Positions 1-23,933 of a stretch of DNA of 64,000 nt are shown one piece after another. Under the pieces are notes generated by a model, which ran no database searches, was not told the DNA's origin, and saw only the letters and a program-made list of their open reading frames with translations. The position numbers and the translations under genes are program-made. Source of the stretch: the human T2T-CHM13v2.0 reference genome, Homo sapiens; assembly GCF_009914755.1 (NCBI RefSeq), contig NC_060940.1; one strand, given 5' to 3'. Each line of letters starts with the position of its first letter. Position 1 is the stretch's first letter.

Positions 1-415
<415 letters not shown>

Positions 416-479
416 ATTTCGCTGCTTCTACTTACTTCTGTACAGTAAGACTAGCCCACAGAGTGGTCCTTTGTACCTT

Positions 480-2580
<2,101 letters not shown>

Positions 2581-2867
2581 ATCTTTTTTTAAACTATGTT
2601 TGTTCAATCATCACAAATCTATTCATCTATCCACTCCTTTATTTATCTATCCACCTCTTATTTTGTACACATTTCAAAGTAAACTATAGACATCTGTATA
2701 CTTATCTTTAAATATTTCAATATGTACATCATTAACTGGTGTTAAGTATTTCTTTATAGCTTTTCCTCTTGGTGGAAAGTTTACATACAAAGAAATGTAC
2801 ACATTTTAAGTACATGTTCACTGGGTTTTGACAAGTACATGCATCAGCAAAACCCAAAACCCTATCA

Positions 2868-3215
<348 letters not shown>

Positions 3216-3980
3216 TCACATTGTGAGTCAGTAGACTCATAGTTGGGTCCAAACATAAGATGTTTGTAAAAAGGTCCCTGATTTTGACCACTACCCTTTT
3301 AAATAAAGAAGCTTGGGGATGTGAAAGTCCTCCTCCAGGTCAGCAGGCTTGTTTAAGGTGAGACCATGTCCTCTGACCTCAGGGCTATGACTGCCATTCT
3401 CACTTCTTCAAGGCCACCTCCATTTCCAGCAGGCAGGTGTGTCAGACAGTAAAATTGAGAGAACTGTTCAGTGAACACCCATATAACCACCACCTCAACC
3501 GTGCAGCCAACATTGTCTATATTGCTTTATCACAGACTGTCTATACAGCCTTCCCTCCATCGATCTGTCTGTCCGTCCAGCTTACTGTTGTGATGCATTT
3601 CACAAAATGCACTCTTAATCATTGCATGATCTCTTTTGTGATTTTGCTCTGTGGAACACAAACTTACAGAGTTAAAGCAAGGCTGGCAACCCATGTGAAA
3701 ATGAGGAGAATCTGAGCCTTTTCATTTGCTGCCACTGGGGACATGATGTGAATCGGCGCCCTCTGACTTAGCTCCATGGGGCCTCTGGATTGGAAGTGAG
3801 GGAGGAGCCTCCTGAGCAAATGGACTGAAATTCCTGCCCTAGGTAGGCTGATTGCCTTCCTGAAGCTCTATTTATAGATCGCAGAGGAAATCTAGGGGGC
3901 TTTATCTCACTTCCCACCCCACATAATAAAACTGGTTCAGGTGGGTGGCTAGAACCTTAAAGTTAAACATCAATTATCTA

Positions 3981-4376
<396 letters not shown>

Positions 4377-6028
4377 TCACCAATGTCCAGTGGCTGTCAC
4401 TATCAGGGGCTATTTGTGAGCTTCCCTAATGCCCATGATAGATGTGCCCCGTGCTGTAAAACACATCCACCTATTAAATAAGCAGAGTGGACTCACATAA
4501 GTAGTAATTTCCTCACAAGCTCAGAAAATGTCTTTTCAGTTTGTACTTTGGTGTGTACACATCACATTTTGGAGAAAGTCTAGACTTTAGAAAAGAGCCT
4601 TTAGGGTATTCCCAGGTTGTTCCTGGGCTCCTGTACTCCCTGTTCAGGTCACCTCTGCTGGCTTTGGCTCATTGTGGCCACGCAAGTTCTTTGTTACATA
4701 TTCCCTTTGGTGATCAGAGTCTTCCCAAGCCATGGTCAAAACTTTACTTTTCGTATGAACTATGTGTCTTCCCCTTCAGGGAATAGGACTGATGCCATTT
4801 GAGATTATTTCTTCCTTCCTTGTTGACAATTCCCTTTGTACTCCCCCAAGGCCCTAAGCAAGGACCCTTAGTTTCCTCTGGTTTCGTGGTTCCTGTGAAA
4901 AAGGCAGAAGCCCATGTGGAAAATCCTCATCCTGCTGTGTTTCAACAAGCAAAGTGCATTTTGTCTTTCAGAGTGGGAAGGACCTTAACTGTGTTGACCA
5001 GAAGTGCAGTTCCTGGCTTCAGCCATTTTGCTTTGGAGAAGGAAAATAAATGCAGTGACCTTTGTTGTGAGGGTAGGGTACTCTTGTTCTAAAAGTCCAT
5101 TTGTGGTGAGGCGTGGCCCTGCTGGGAGAAGCTGATGCCACTTTGCCTCCCTGGCACCCTGCCAGTTCTGTCTGCTTTGTTGACTTTGGTGGCTCAAGGG
5201 ACAAGCCAGGCACTGGCTCATCTTTTCCTGCCTGATTCTCTGGGCAGATTTCTCCATAGGGTCTGCAGGGAAGTGGGGGAAAGCTGGGTATGGTCAGAGT
5301 GGAGATCACTATGTGGGCTTCTCAGTCCTCATGCTGGTCTGTGTCAGGTGCCTTTAATTCAGGGCCTAAGGAACCATTGCTTTTTAGCCTAAGCAGCAAT
5401 TTAATAATTTAGCAATCAGGTAATACTGGCACTTTGTTCTCCCCTGGCTGTTTTCTCAAGCTAAGTTCTGTGTTAGCATTTCTTGATTTCTCCCCTGATA
5501 CTAATCCTCCTGGGAGATTGGCCTTACCTATTCACGTGGAGCGTGGCTTCTCTAGGAATGTGGGAATTGCTCCATGGCAATGGTGCTTTGGCCTTCACTG
5601 CCCACATCACTGGGACCATCCCAGCCCTTCTTGTCTCTAGCCTTTTTTACAGGTCAAGTCCAAACAGGAGGATCTGACTCTCTTCTTGGTCTTTTCTCCT
5701 GTCTAGCTGTCTTGTTTTAGAGCAGAAATTAAAGGAGCAGGGTGTCCTAATGAAACTGTTACTGTGATCATATCAGCTCTCTAGAACAAATTCAGAAAGA
5801 CGGCCCTTTGTAACAGGCAGACTGGGTGGGCAGGCGTTCGTTTGTAAAGAGATGGCTTTCCTCTCCCAACAAGCAGGGCCAGGCATCACCCCATGCTGCA
5901 TTGATGCAGGGAGTGAATTGAGAAGTGTGGGAACGTCATTTGGACTCTTTCCATTGCTCCCATTTTAATGCTTTCTAAAGGAACTGTTTCTCAGGTTTAA
6001 ATAAAGTGGCAACACTGGCTTACTAGAA

Positions 6029-6085
6029 CTTATTTATTTTTATTTATTTATTTTTGAGGCGGAGTCTCGCTGTATCACCCAGGCT
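6029..6085 (-). mobile_element. Extremely 5'-truncated Alu with TSD
   Basis: (TTTA)n tail plus gaggcggagtctcgctgtatcacccaggct, flanked by GGCTTACTAGAA at 6017 and 6082. Confidence 0.85.
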
Positions 6086-7343
6086 TACTAGAATTTAGAA
6101 CCACTCCTTCATTTGTGTGTATCCATTCTGTCTTTCCAGTCCCCAATGTATGATGTAGAATCTCACCTTCTTGCAGCAGAACCAGTGCCCTAAGTTATTG
6201 GATGTCTTTGTTGTGAAGAACTTGGTTCCAGCACTTTCCATGCTACCAGCCCAGGAGTAGGTCGTGTTCTGTCCTCAAACATTGGAGTCTTGGGTAGACT
6301 GCAGGCCTGATGACAGGCATTGCTCGTCTCCCTATGAGAGGCCTTTTCCTTCCTTTGCCCACAGAGCATTGTGGACACACCAGCTGCCTGCCTGGAAGAA
6401 GGAGCTCCTTCCTACCAGCCTGTGGAGTCTCATTTCTGCTGGAAAGGCATAAGAATGCTGCAGACTTGACCTCGGGACCCTACCACGCTTTCCAAGTGAC
6501 CTTAGAGATTAAAGATCTTTGATTTTACAGAAGAAAAACAGCATAAACACTCAGTCTTGTGGGGGTAGTTATTGCCTTTCCTACTAAAAGTAGCATTACC
6601 TGGGAAAGCTGGCCTTGTCTCCAACTGGGCACATCCTTGAAGGACCAAGAGGGTCTTCTAAGAAAACCATCAATGTTTCTGTTCCAGTATTTCCTCGATA
6701 AAGACATTTGCCAACCAGTGATCCAAGCTATCCCTCAGCTGCTCAGAATTTACCTCAATTCCTTTGCTGAGCAGGCATGTTGTATTTCTATGTAATGGGG
6801 CATATTTGCCTTTGGAGAAAATTCTGAGGACTGTAATCATTTTAGCCATTGATAGCTGATGGTCAGTTCTGCAGGTGCCTCTCCCCATATCACATTAAGA
6901 CTCCTTTTTATATATAGTTTGAAGTTTAAGGATCCATAAGGATGAATTGGAATCTTCTTCTTAAGAGGTATGGGCTTAAGAAAGTTGAACTGTAAAAGGA
7001 TCAGTTTCATTCTATTCAGCCCAGCGTGTAAGCCTAGTGACTGTGTGTTCATTCACATTTTCATCAGGCAGCTCTGGCCAGAGGCCCTGAAAGGGTTGAG
7101 TATGGTGGAAGATTCCATCGTTTTCAATGACAGTACTGCTCATAAGTTCTAGTGGTTCTGAAAAGAATAGGTTTAAAAGTGAGGTATAAGATTATGTATG
7201 ATGTTGATGTTATGTGTGAGGTTGATGTTTACCTTTCTTGGTTGACAAATCTGGTATTGGTCCTCTGACAAGAATGGAAACTGTATGTTTGGACAAAAAT
7301 ACTGAAGATACAGATACTGAAGTTCACAAGTATCATGATGTGA

Positions 7344-7700
<357 letters not shown>

Positions 7701-8302
7701 AGGAAAAGACTTTTTAATGCCACTAGATTCCTCTCCTGATGCATTCAGGCCTGTGGCATCCTCTAGTTCAGTTTCTTGGGTAGTTGGTATTACAGATTTA
7801 GAGTCTTGTTTTGATGGACATTTCTCCATACAGAGTACCGTAATGCTGTTGCATTTTCTTTCAGATTTGTTCAGAATCTCCTGGGGGTTTCTCTCATTCA
7901 GAATCAGGTACTACCGGGGCATCTTGGAATACCCCCACCCTGCCGTCCTGCTGCATGTCCCTGCTCCTTTGACTCCATTGTAGTTCACGTGCTTGTTTGT
8001 TGCTTATTCATGCCAGATTTCTAATATAAATGGAATTTAGTAAGGTTATTCTAATACAAATACAGATGGTGACAGTTTTGTTTTCTTCTTTGCTCTGCTA
8101 GAGTCACCAGGTTTGATCAACACTTGGAGTTTTTTTAAATATATTGATTTGGTCCTGGATAAAGAGGTGCCAGATTAAGAAAAGCTCCTTAAGAAGCAAT
8201 TTATTCCTTAGCCAGGGGCTTGGCCTGTTTGGTGTAGCAGAGTGACCAGATTCATTCTGGTCTTTCAGGTGCTATCTTGACCGCTTTCATTTTTATAAAT
8301 AA

Positions 8303-9025
<723 letters not shown>

Positions 9026-9832
9026 CTCCTTTGCTTTCTGTGCGGGAGCGTTTAGATCTGAGGAGCGCTGTGGCTGGTCCCTTGAGGTGAGCTGTTCTCA
9101 TCCATTATATGCAGCTTTTTCTACTTTGGCTTTCAGTAGCTTTGCTTGCAAGGAGCACTCTAAGAATAACACAATAAATGTTAGACCCAAGGATTATTTC
9201 CCCAAACCTGCTGGCCCAACACTGTTGCAGTCAGCAGGAACTAAGGAGAATAACAGAGTAGCCAAGGCCTCTCAAAAGAATGAGATAAATTGTTAAAGAT
9301 GGGACAACTACTCTAGACCAGAAATGACTGCCATAGTGGGGATCAGTTAAAGAGGAATCATAGCCCTACTGGACAACAGGGCTCCCAGGACTTGGGCAGA
9401 AAGTAAGTAGCAAACCTCATCACGCTGCTTTGGAAAAGGGATTTGGGTTGAGTTTGGTAACCTGATGACAGACTAGGTGGAGGGTAGATGGCAGTGGGTG
9501 TTGGTACTCATCTTGCTCTGCTGGTTGGACTCAGGAGAGTTGTTCCACATCCTCGTGGTTCCTTTCCGTTTGTCCTTTAAATAAATCGGTCTCATCCCCC
9601 AGGAGATGCGCTGGGCTTTCTGTGTGCCTTAGTTGAGAGTGTTTGACCACCTTGTGTTTTCCTTGGACTGTTGATGAGCTGCTGCCAAATGTTACCCTTC
9701 CAAGGGGCTGCTACCCGCCAGGCTTTTCATACTTGAATATAAACAACTAGATACTGGCCTTGATCCCCAGCTGTGTGAGCATCTGGGAGCAGTGAAGGAA
9801 GCCTCAGAATGTGTCAGGCCTGCCTGCTCTAG

Positions 9833-10253
<421 letters not shown>

Positions 10254-10708
10254 TAATGAATTCAGATAAAGCATGAGAAATCTCAGATGCAGTGGGGGTA
10301 TCAGAGAAAACTACCCATCTTCTTACTTTTGTTTGTGACGAAATGGCTCAGATCTCGTAGGAACCGGTTTTTCAGCCATCAAAAAGACTCCCATCTATCT
10401 CTTGAAGTTTGTTCTCAGGTCTTATCTGATCCTTCCATTTCTGAATGTGAGCAGAGAAGTGTTTGGAGCCAAAAGTTCGAAGTTTTTACTCTACCTGTAA
10501 TGTTTGGAAATTGTATAAATCAATTTAAACATGGACTAAAGGTCTTAGGCTGATGGATTTGACCGCTCCTTTCTCTCCTTCAGGCCGGCTTTGTTTCATT
10601 TGACCCTTGAAGTTACATTCTTTATGTTCCTTCATCTCATTTCTCTCTTCACTCCTTTACAAAGTCTAGGGGATCAGACAGACAATTTGACTAGGATTTT
10701 ATGACTAG

Positions 10709-11538
<830 letters not shown>

Positions 11539-11778
11539 AGAAACTTGGATTTTAATCTTGGCCGCAGCTTTGATTTTGATGGTAGAATTCCAAGGTCATC
11601 TCTATTTCTCCCCTGTACTATGAGGGTACTGGAGTTTTGTAACTTCATGAGGAGGAGGAGGCTAAGAAAATAGGGAAGGAAGTTCTCAAGAAGGCTGTGC
11701 AGTGGTGACTCCCCTTCAGGGGACACTAACGAATTCAGATCCTAATATGAAGCTCTGATTAAAAAAAATAGTAATACA

Positions 11779-12326
11779 TTTTTTGTGGGTACATAGTAGG
11801 TATGCATTTTTATGGGGTACATGAGATGTTTTGATACAGGCATTCAGTGTGAAATAATAAGCAGGTCATGAAGAATGGGGTATCCATCCCCTCAAGCATT
11901 TATCCTTTGAGTTACACACGAAACAATTACACTCTTTATTTTAAAATATGCAATTAAGTTATTAACTGGCTATAGTCACCCTATTGTGCTATCAAATAGT
12001 AGGTCTTATTCATTTTTTCTATTATTTTGCACCCATTAACCATCCCCACCTCCCCCCACACCCCCAGTACCCTTCCCAACCTCTGGTAACCATCCTTCTA
12101 CCCTCTGTGTCCATGAATTCAATTGTTTTGGTTTTTAGATCCCACCAATAAGTGAGAACATATGATGTTTATCTTTCTTTTCCTGGCTTATTTCACTTAA
12201 CATAATGATCTCCGGTTCCATTCATGTTGTTGCAGATTACTGGATCTCACTCTTTTTTATGGGTGAATCGTACTTCATAGTGTATATGTACCACGTTTTC
12301 TTTAAACATTCATCTGTTGATGGACA
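11779..12326 (-). mobile_element. L1MA-type 3' end (5'-truncated)
   Basis: Typical L1MA 3' sequence (ggggtacatgagatgttttgatacaggcat ... cattcatctgttgatggaca); TSD AGCTCTGAT at 11751 and 12326. Confidence 0.85.
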
Positions 12327-14699
12327 GCTCTGATATTTTTGCCAGCAGTTTTGTGATTTGATTTTGCATGTGTGTGTGATGGCAAAGTTACCTAGGGAAG
12401 AAGACATAAAAAGTATGGGACTTCTCAATTGATCCCTACACCACAGTATGACTTTCACTCCTTTAGGTTTCTTAACACAACGAGTCGTCTTGTCAGCAGC
12501 TTGGTTTAAAGTGCTAATTTGAGGAACCAGGTGCTTTGCGTCAGCTTCTGACCTGGCTGAGACCTTTTACTGACAATTGGCCCAAGTGTAGTAGAACTGG
12601 GAGAGGTTCCCTTTCCCAAGAGCCTGCTGCCGAGACAGTAGAAGATGGTGGTTTATATTGTATTTCCCTTAAGGTAATCTGTGAGAGAAGCTTAAAATTA
12701 GGTTACACTTTTGACTTGACACAAGTGTCAATGAAAAAATATTCATGTTCTCGTTGTTATGCTACGAGATCTAAGCCAAGTGAGAAATCTAAGCAAATGG
12801 TTGTTCAGTCACTTCAGAAGAATCGAGACAACTTACAGAACTTGCTTTGACAGAGCTGTTCCAGCTCATTTGTAATAACATGCTTAGAACCTTCTGCGTT
12901 CAAGAGCATGTCAGAAGGGAATGCCTGGTCGTTGTCTCCCTGGGAAGCAGCGTGGAGCACAGCCCCGGGAGACGAAGGCAGCAGAGGCCCGTGACCATCA
13001 AGCACCAGCCTCTCAAGGCATCTCTGAAGGCAGCTGAGAAGTTTCCATCGACAGTGGCTCATGGCCAGTGCACTGACCTTTTGCTAAAGTTGGCAGTTGC
13101 TGAAGTGAAATGAATTCTTTATCGGAAAGAGTCAATTAAAAGAGCTAAGTCAAAGAGAGTGCAAATATGGACTGTGTCTTTACCTTTCCACAGCAGCTTT
13201 GGCCGCATGCCCCCGAGCTCCCTTTGTCATCTATGTGTGTAGCAGGATCACCCGGGAGGAGCAGGGACGCCCCCTTATCAGGCTTCTCTTGGCCGCCTGC
13301 GGCAAGATGACTGTTCCTGCGGTCCTCAGTCTTTCATGACTTTGTGAGAGCCTCTGTACGTCAAGCCACTGTGGGTAATGGAGGCTCATATGGGGTGGGG
13401 CTGGTGCTTGCTAGGAGAGGCGTCCGGAGGGCCTGGCCGTATGACACACACAGGAGGAACGAGGAGGAATCTTCTAAGTTACAGGCTGTGTGTGAATAGC
13501 AAGTACCCCCTTGCCTTTTCTAATGCAGACTTTTTTAAACTGAGGTGTCAGTTCTGACAATATTATAGAACATTTACCACGTGGGAGGCCTGGGGCTTCC
13601 CAGCTCCTTTTGCTCACCTGGAGATAGTGCCCCCTTTCTTCAGGGTGGAAGAACACAGGGTTCTTCCAGAACTTCCCCTTGAGGGGACCTGTGGTAGGAA
13701 AGAAACATGACAATAATCTCTAACTTTTCAGAGGCTTTATAATGGGAGGGAAACTTAGAGGCATAAGCCTCACTTTACGAGTGAAAAACAGGAGACAAAG
13801 CTAAAATTTTTGCAGAGTCATGCGAGTGGTTAGGGACAGGCCTGGATGAGAACGTACCTGTTGTCAGCTCCCCACATAGCCCCGCTTCCCCAGCGCCACG
13901 CCAGCAGCAAGCTGGGCGCTCACAGCCGGACTCTGGAAAGCCCCAGGTCATTCCTCCTACCCTGATCTGCAGGGAGTGCCTTCAGGGAGGCCCGAGCAGA
14001 CCCTCTAGCCTCCCTGTGGGGTGTGCACATTCCTGGAGGTGAGGGTTTAATTCCAGCCTAGATTTGGGGTGGGCATCACCAGCCAGGCCCCACCTGCTTT
14101 ACTTTATCTCCCTTCATCTCTGATGTCTCCCACCTCCATCCTGCTTGGCATCCAGGGTGCTGCATTCAGTGTTTGCCGTGGATAGGTGTGCATGGCATTT
14201 AGCTTTGGAAAAATATATGGTGGTATTTCGTTGGCATGTTTTTAATTTTAGCCTAAAGACCTTGATCTACTCTTAAAAGTATTTGAATTAATAAATCAAG
14301 GAAGACACTGCGGGTAGTTTCTAGAGTGAATGATGAATTTGTGAAGTTACTGTGTGAACTCTGAAATTCAGTGGCTGTCAAAAGAGGTGAATGCTTGCGA
14401 GCACCTTGCAGACCTGCCCCCGCCACCAAGCTCTGTGAGTGGAAGACTCAATCAGAGAAGGAGTGAGAGGAGGGAAAACTCCAGGCACAGTGCAGTCGCT
14501 GCCTTTGTTCAGCAATGAGGAGGGGAAAAGTGGCCTTTTGGGTTGGCTGTGACCTCCCTGTGTGTATCTGCCCCCCTCATGCTAGGTGGCACTAGAGAAG
14601 TGTTGGAGAATATGGAGCCAGTCTCCTGGCTTAGGATTTTTGTTAAAATACGGGGCTCCATTCTTGATATTTCTTTTCTTTTTAAAGAGACAGGGTTTT

Positions 14700-15365
<666 letters not shown>

Positions 15366-17199
15366 GTGGTTTTTTCTTCCTCCTACTCACTTGCCCCACT
15401 CCATGAAAGAGCTAAATGAGCAACGGACTCAGAGCTGCTTTGGAGAATGGAGACCTTTTCAGGCTGTTCCTGGCCCTTCTTCTAATACTTGGCACCCTGT
15501 GTGTCTTGTATCAAGGAAAGCCAGAGAGAGCTTTTCGGAAGAACCGACTGCTGGGCCCTGCCACAGCTCACCCTCCTGCTCCCTCAGCAGTGCATGTGCC
15601 GTCCTTTGCCCCTCACAGGGCCCAGCAAACTGGCAGGTGCATGGGGTTGCAAACCTGGTCCTGCAGGAATGTAGAATGGGTGTATCTCACCCCACTTCAC
15701 GTGAGAGATAGGCCGTGTTCCTGTGACCCTTGCTCAGCAACTCGTGTGCTTTCAAATAAGGAAAAAAGGGAATGTGTTTTCATGCAACGAGAAATTATAC
15801 CAATCCCATTGCCTTGGCAATTATAGTATTACAAGTGATAGCAGGCAGCCAGAGCTGAAGACGAGGAAAAGCAAAAATGATAAGAAAGCCTGGGGGAGGC
15901 TGTTCACTTCTTACTCTAGTACAATCACCCAACCCCGAGGTGCCTGCGGCTGAGGCTCCTGCACTGGGGTTTGCAGGGCTGGATGTGTTAGCACCTCCCT
16001 GAGACGGGGGTGCCTTAGACTACTGCCGCACGGCAACTCCTCAACTCCTCCAGGGTTTTGTTGTTTTGTTCTGGCCAGAGCCACGCTCTGGCCGTTTGTT
16101 ACTTACACCTTTGTAGTAGCAGTGCCAACTATTGTGACGTTTAGCTGAGATCCAGGGATAATTAGGGTAGGGATTAAGGTGTGGGGCGACTTGTTTTTAA
16201 TTAATTATAAAAGTAATTTGAGTTCGTCATCACAAAATGAAACAATATAGAAAGCTTAAAGTTAAAGGTCTTATCCCTTCTTCTGCCCTGGTCTCCCTGC
16301 TCTTGGGTGACCAGGCAGCCCTTGTAAAGCATGGGTGTGTACACTCAGAAATGTATCCTTCCTTATGCTTATGCAAGCATGAATGGGTTTTGTTTGCTAA
16401 GGGTGTCACATTCTTCGTGTCTATAACTTGCTTTTTTTTCCCCTTCAATTTGTGGACAAGTCAGTATATCGAAGTTTTACCCTTTTCAGGGCTAGTGGTA
16501 GCCCCTCCTGTGGACACTCCACCAATTATTAGCCAGATCACGATTAACCTTAGAGACAAGAGGACTGTTAGAAAGTCCTGTATGTGGAAGCCGCTGCTGC
16601 TCCTCTCTCAGGTGACTTTTTCCAAGTCCTGCACCTGTTGGGAGGGCTCCTCTGGAGAGCAGGAGTGTATGGACTTGGCCAAGCACCTAGGAAGGGAAGG
16701 TAGGAGTGAGATGCCAAACCACAGGGTCAGAAGGCATCTTTGCAGCTAGGCTCCAAACTCGTTTCCCATTCAATTCCAGAAGTTCAAGGGTAGAGACAAG
16801 AGTTTGGAGGCTCGCTCTTTGAAGAAACTGAATACTACATAAAAAAGACTAAACAGATACTAATGTTTAATCACAAATGAAAAAGCCCCCTGGTACCTCT
16901 GTTACAAAAACTCCAAATAAAGTATCAGATAACTGGCCTAATAGTGTATTGAGGACATATATCACAAATACTGTTTTCCCCCAAAATACAAGACTGGTTC
17001 AACATCAGAGACCCTGTTACATCAGTAGACCAAAGGAGGGGAAGACATGATTATCTCATTTGATACGGAAAACAAATTCGATGAGTTCAGTACCATTTTA
17101 TGTTTAACATTCTCAATAAAATATTGATGAAGGGATATTTAATTTGATTTTTAAATCCTGTACCAAAAATCTACAGCAAACATTATATTCAATGGAAGA

Positions 17200-17488
<289 letters not shown>

Positions 17489-17544
17489 AGATCTAGTATT
17501 ATAAAATGATAATCTTCCTTTCTCGTTGACTTAGAAATTCAGGG

Positions 17545-18134
17545 CTATTTCAGTAACTGTGGGGTAACAAATTACCCCAAAACTTAATAGCTTAAAACAG
17601 TAATAATCATTATCTCTCACAGTTTTTGTGAACCAAGCATTTGAGAGCAGCTCTGCCAAGCGTTTTTGGCTTTTGAAGCCTCTCTTGAGGTTGCAGTCAG
17701 ATGGTGGCTGTGGCTGCGACCATCTCAAAGGCTTTTCACTCACATACCTGTTGCCTGGTCTGGGAAGACTCAAGCAGTTTGGGGCTGGGACAGCTGCAGT
17801 TCTCCGTCATCTGTTTATGTGTACATTTTCCATGTGATCTCTCCAATGTGGTGCCTTCTGGGTTACTGCACTAAGTATAGGTTGACTCAGGGCTCCCACA
17901 GCGCTTGTCCCAAAAGAGAACCAAGTAGAAGCCATTTTGCCTTTCTGACTGCCCCTTGGAAGTCACACAGCATCTGCCACATTCCGTTGGTTGAGGCAGG
18001 TGGGAAGGTCACTCTAGGTACAAGAGAACATAGACCCCATGTCTCGATAGAGGAGTGTTAATATCACTTTGTAAGAAGGTCATGTGGGATGAGATATATA
18101 TTGGTGCTATCTTTGGAAAATACAGTCTGCTACA
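17545..18134 (-). mobile_element. MLT1 (MaLR) solo LTR
   Basis: gtaacaaattaccccaaaacttaatagcttaaaac ... tttggaaaatacagtctgctaca. Confidence 0.75.
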
Positions 18135-18539
18135 AGTAAAACCCGTTCAGAATTCTAATTGGATTTTTTGAAGAAATCTTATTTTTAAATGCATTTGGAT
18201 TACCTAAGTTAAACTTCAGAAAGAAGAGAAAAGGGAACTTTTAAGCTTCTAAGCCATAGTACTAAAAGCAAATGATGTCTGCGCAAAAACAGGTAATAGA
18301 CAAATGAAATAGAATAATGATCTCAGAGAAAGACCCATATACATACAGGAATTTAATATACGATAAAGGGGCACCATGAATCAATGGGAGAAGGATGGAT
18401 TGCTTAATAGATAATGTTAGGAGAATTGACTAATTAAAATGGAGAAACATTAACTGGATCTGCACAGACTATCATACACAATGGTAGACTCTAGAAGGGC
18501 TAAAGACCTAAATGAGAATGGTAACACCACAAAATTAAT

Positions 18540-18690
18540 ACGTCTCTTATCTACAAATCTGAAATCCAGAACACTGTGAAAATTAAATGCTTTTTCTTAA
18601 CCCACATGGCAGCAAAACTTGAGCTGAGGTGAAGCTATTTATAATCATGTATTTATCCTGCTTAATGTGAATATCCTATAATTCACTGCA
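18540..18690. mobile_element. Tigger-family MITE fragment (MER46C-like)
   Basis: tctgaaatccagaa...ggcagcaaaacttgagctga...gtgaatatcc resembles MER46C as I recall it. Confidence 0.45.
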
Positions 18691-18756
18691 GTTTTAAAAA
18701 ACTATTATTATAAAAACTTTCAAACATTCAGAAAAATTTAAAAATAGTATTAGAGG

Positions 18757-19064
<308 letters not shown>

Positions 19065-19899
19065 TTAACCCTGGCCTGGCCAGGGTCTCAGTTTGCGGGG
19101 GGCACAAGCAGTGGAGCAGCTGTGCTGCTGTGGCCAATCCCTTTCTCCCACAGCAGAGTCGGGAGTGGCACTCTGATCCATATCTACTGCTCCTTTTTCA
19201 CGGATTGTCTACTTGATTGGTTTTGCCTATTAAAGCCAAATTCAAATATTTGTCCAAAAAGCTACAGACCCAGTGATCCTGCTATATAGCAGGACCTTTG
19301 GAGGAAGACTACCCCAGGTGTGTGTGAGGGCCTCCGAGACCAGCTGCTGCAGTGGATGAGCAGGGCTGGGGCTGGCCCTGGGGTCTAGCATCTGTGCAAC
19401 AAGCTCCTCACCACTTCTGCAGCCACGCAGGTCCACCACCTCTAAGGCACAAAGTGAAATCGCCCTGATCCATGCTTAAAATTTGGCCCTGGTAGCCAAG
19501 GCCCGAGAACACACTTCCCTTTTCACCCAACATCTATTCCCTTACTTGTCTGAGTCTTTTTTTTTTTCTCCCTCTTCTGTGAAATGGGCCAGAAGTTCCT
19601 CACTCAGTTATTTTGGGAGCATTAAAAAATTCGAGGGTCCCACCCCCTCCTCCCTCTCTTCATTCAGAAAATGGATGGAATCAAGCTGATGCCCGAAGAA
19701 CACCAAAGGGACCCAAGAAAGTCAGAAAAATGGTACTTTCTGCTGCTCTTTAGCCAAAGGGGTGAACAGCGTTAATTGGCTCATCGTTTTAAAGATCTGA
19801 GTTGTTCAACCAAAGTTAGGAGATAATCTTTCAGTGGCACTATTGCCTTTTCAGAAAAGAAAAAAAAAAGGAAGGCAAGAAGAGTTGCTTTGCACATAG

Positions 19900-20394
<495 letters not shown>

Positions 20395-20424
20395 TCATCT
20401 GGACTTTTTAAAACTGTTTGTACC

Positions 20425-23250
<2,826 letters not shown>

Positions 23251-23687
23251 AGTGGATTCAGCCTTCAGTGTCCACCCACTAGAGACAGTAACGTATGCAC
23301 AAAATTAAGCATTAACACAGTTTAGAACATAGGATTAGCTATGTTGTAGTATACACAAACACATACACACTTGTGCAAGTGTCAAGTGTTAGAGCAGGAA
23401 GCAATTTTAGGTGTAGATTGTCCCATTGAACCCCTCCTTTTGCAAGTAAGAAATGTAAACAGAGCTGTGACATGGCTCACCCAATTGGAAGCAGGTGGCC
23501 CTGTGACCAGCAATCCCAGGCCCTCACTGTGAGGGAGGCATTACAATGAAGGCCTCCATTTGAGCCCCTCCAGCTTCCCCTCTGAGATGCAGATACTGTG
23601 TTGGTGTAGTGATGGGCCCCAGTGCTACTGTTCATCACACTCAACCGGTTATCTAGTTAGTGAAAGAAAGCATTTAAAAAATTGAGG

Positions 23688-23799
23688 GGCCAGGCAGGTA
23701 CAGTAGCTCACGCCTGTAATCCCATACTTTGGGAGGCCAAGGTGGGAGGAATGCTTGAGCCCAAGAGTTGGAGACCAACCTGGGTAACATAGTGAGACC

Positions 23800-23847
<48 letters not shown>

Positions 23848-23933
23848 GTCTCTCTGTCTATATATATGTATATATATATACACACATAGATATGTATACG
23901 TATCTATATACATAGATTTATATACATAAATAT
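23688..23933 (+). mobile_element. Monomeric Alu (FLAM-like) with compound (TC)n/(TA)n tail
   Basis: TSD AAAATTGAGG at 23678 and 23934; (TC)n at 23803-23839. Confidence 0.85.

Noticed and set aside
15416-15826. 136-aa ATG ORF with an N-terminal hydrophobic stretch (LFRLFLALLLILGTLCVLY)
   Set aside because: Weak Kozak context, intronic, no recognisable family or promoter. Consistent with chance unless Ribo-seq or conservation says otherwise.
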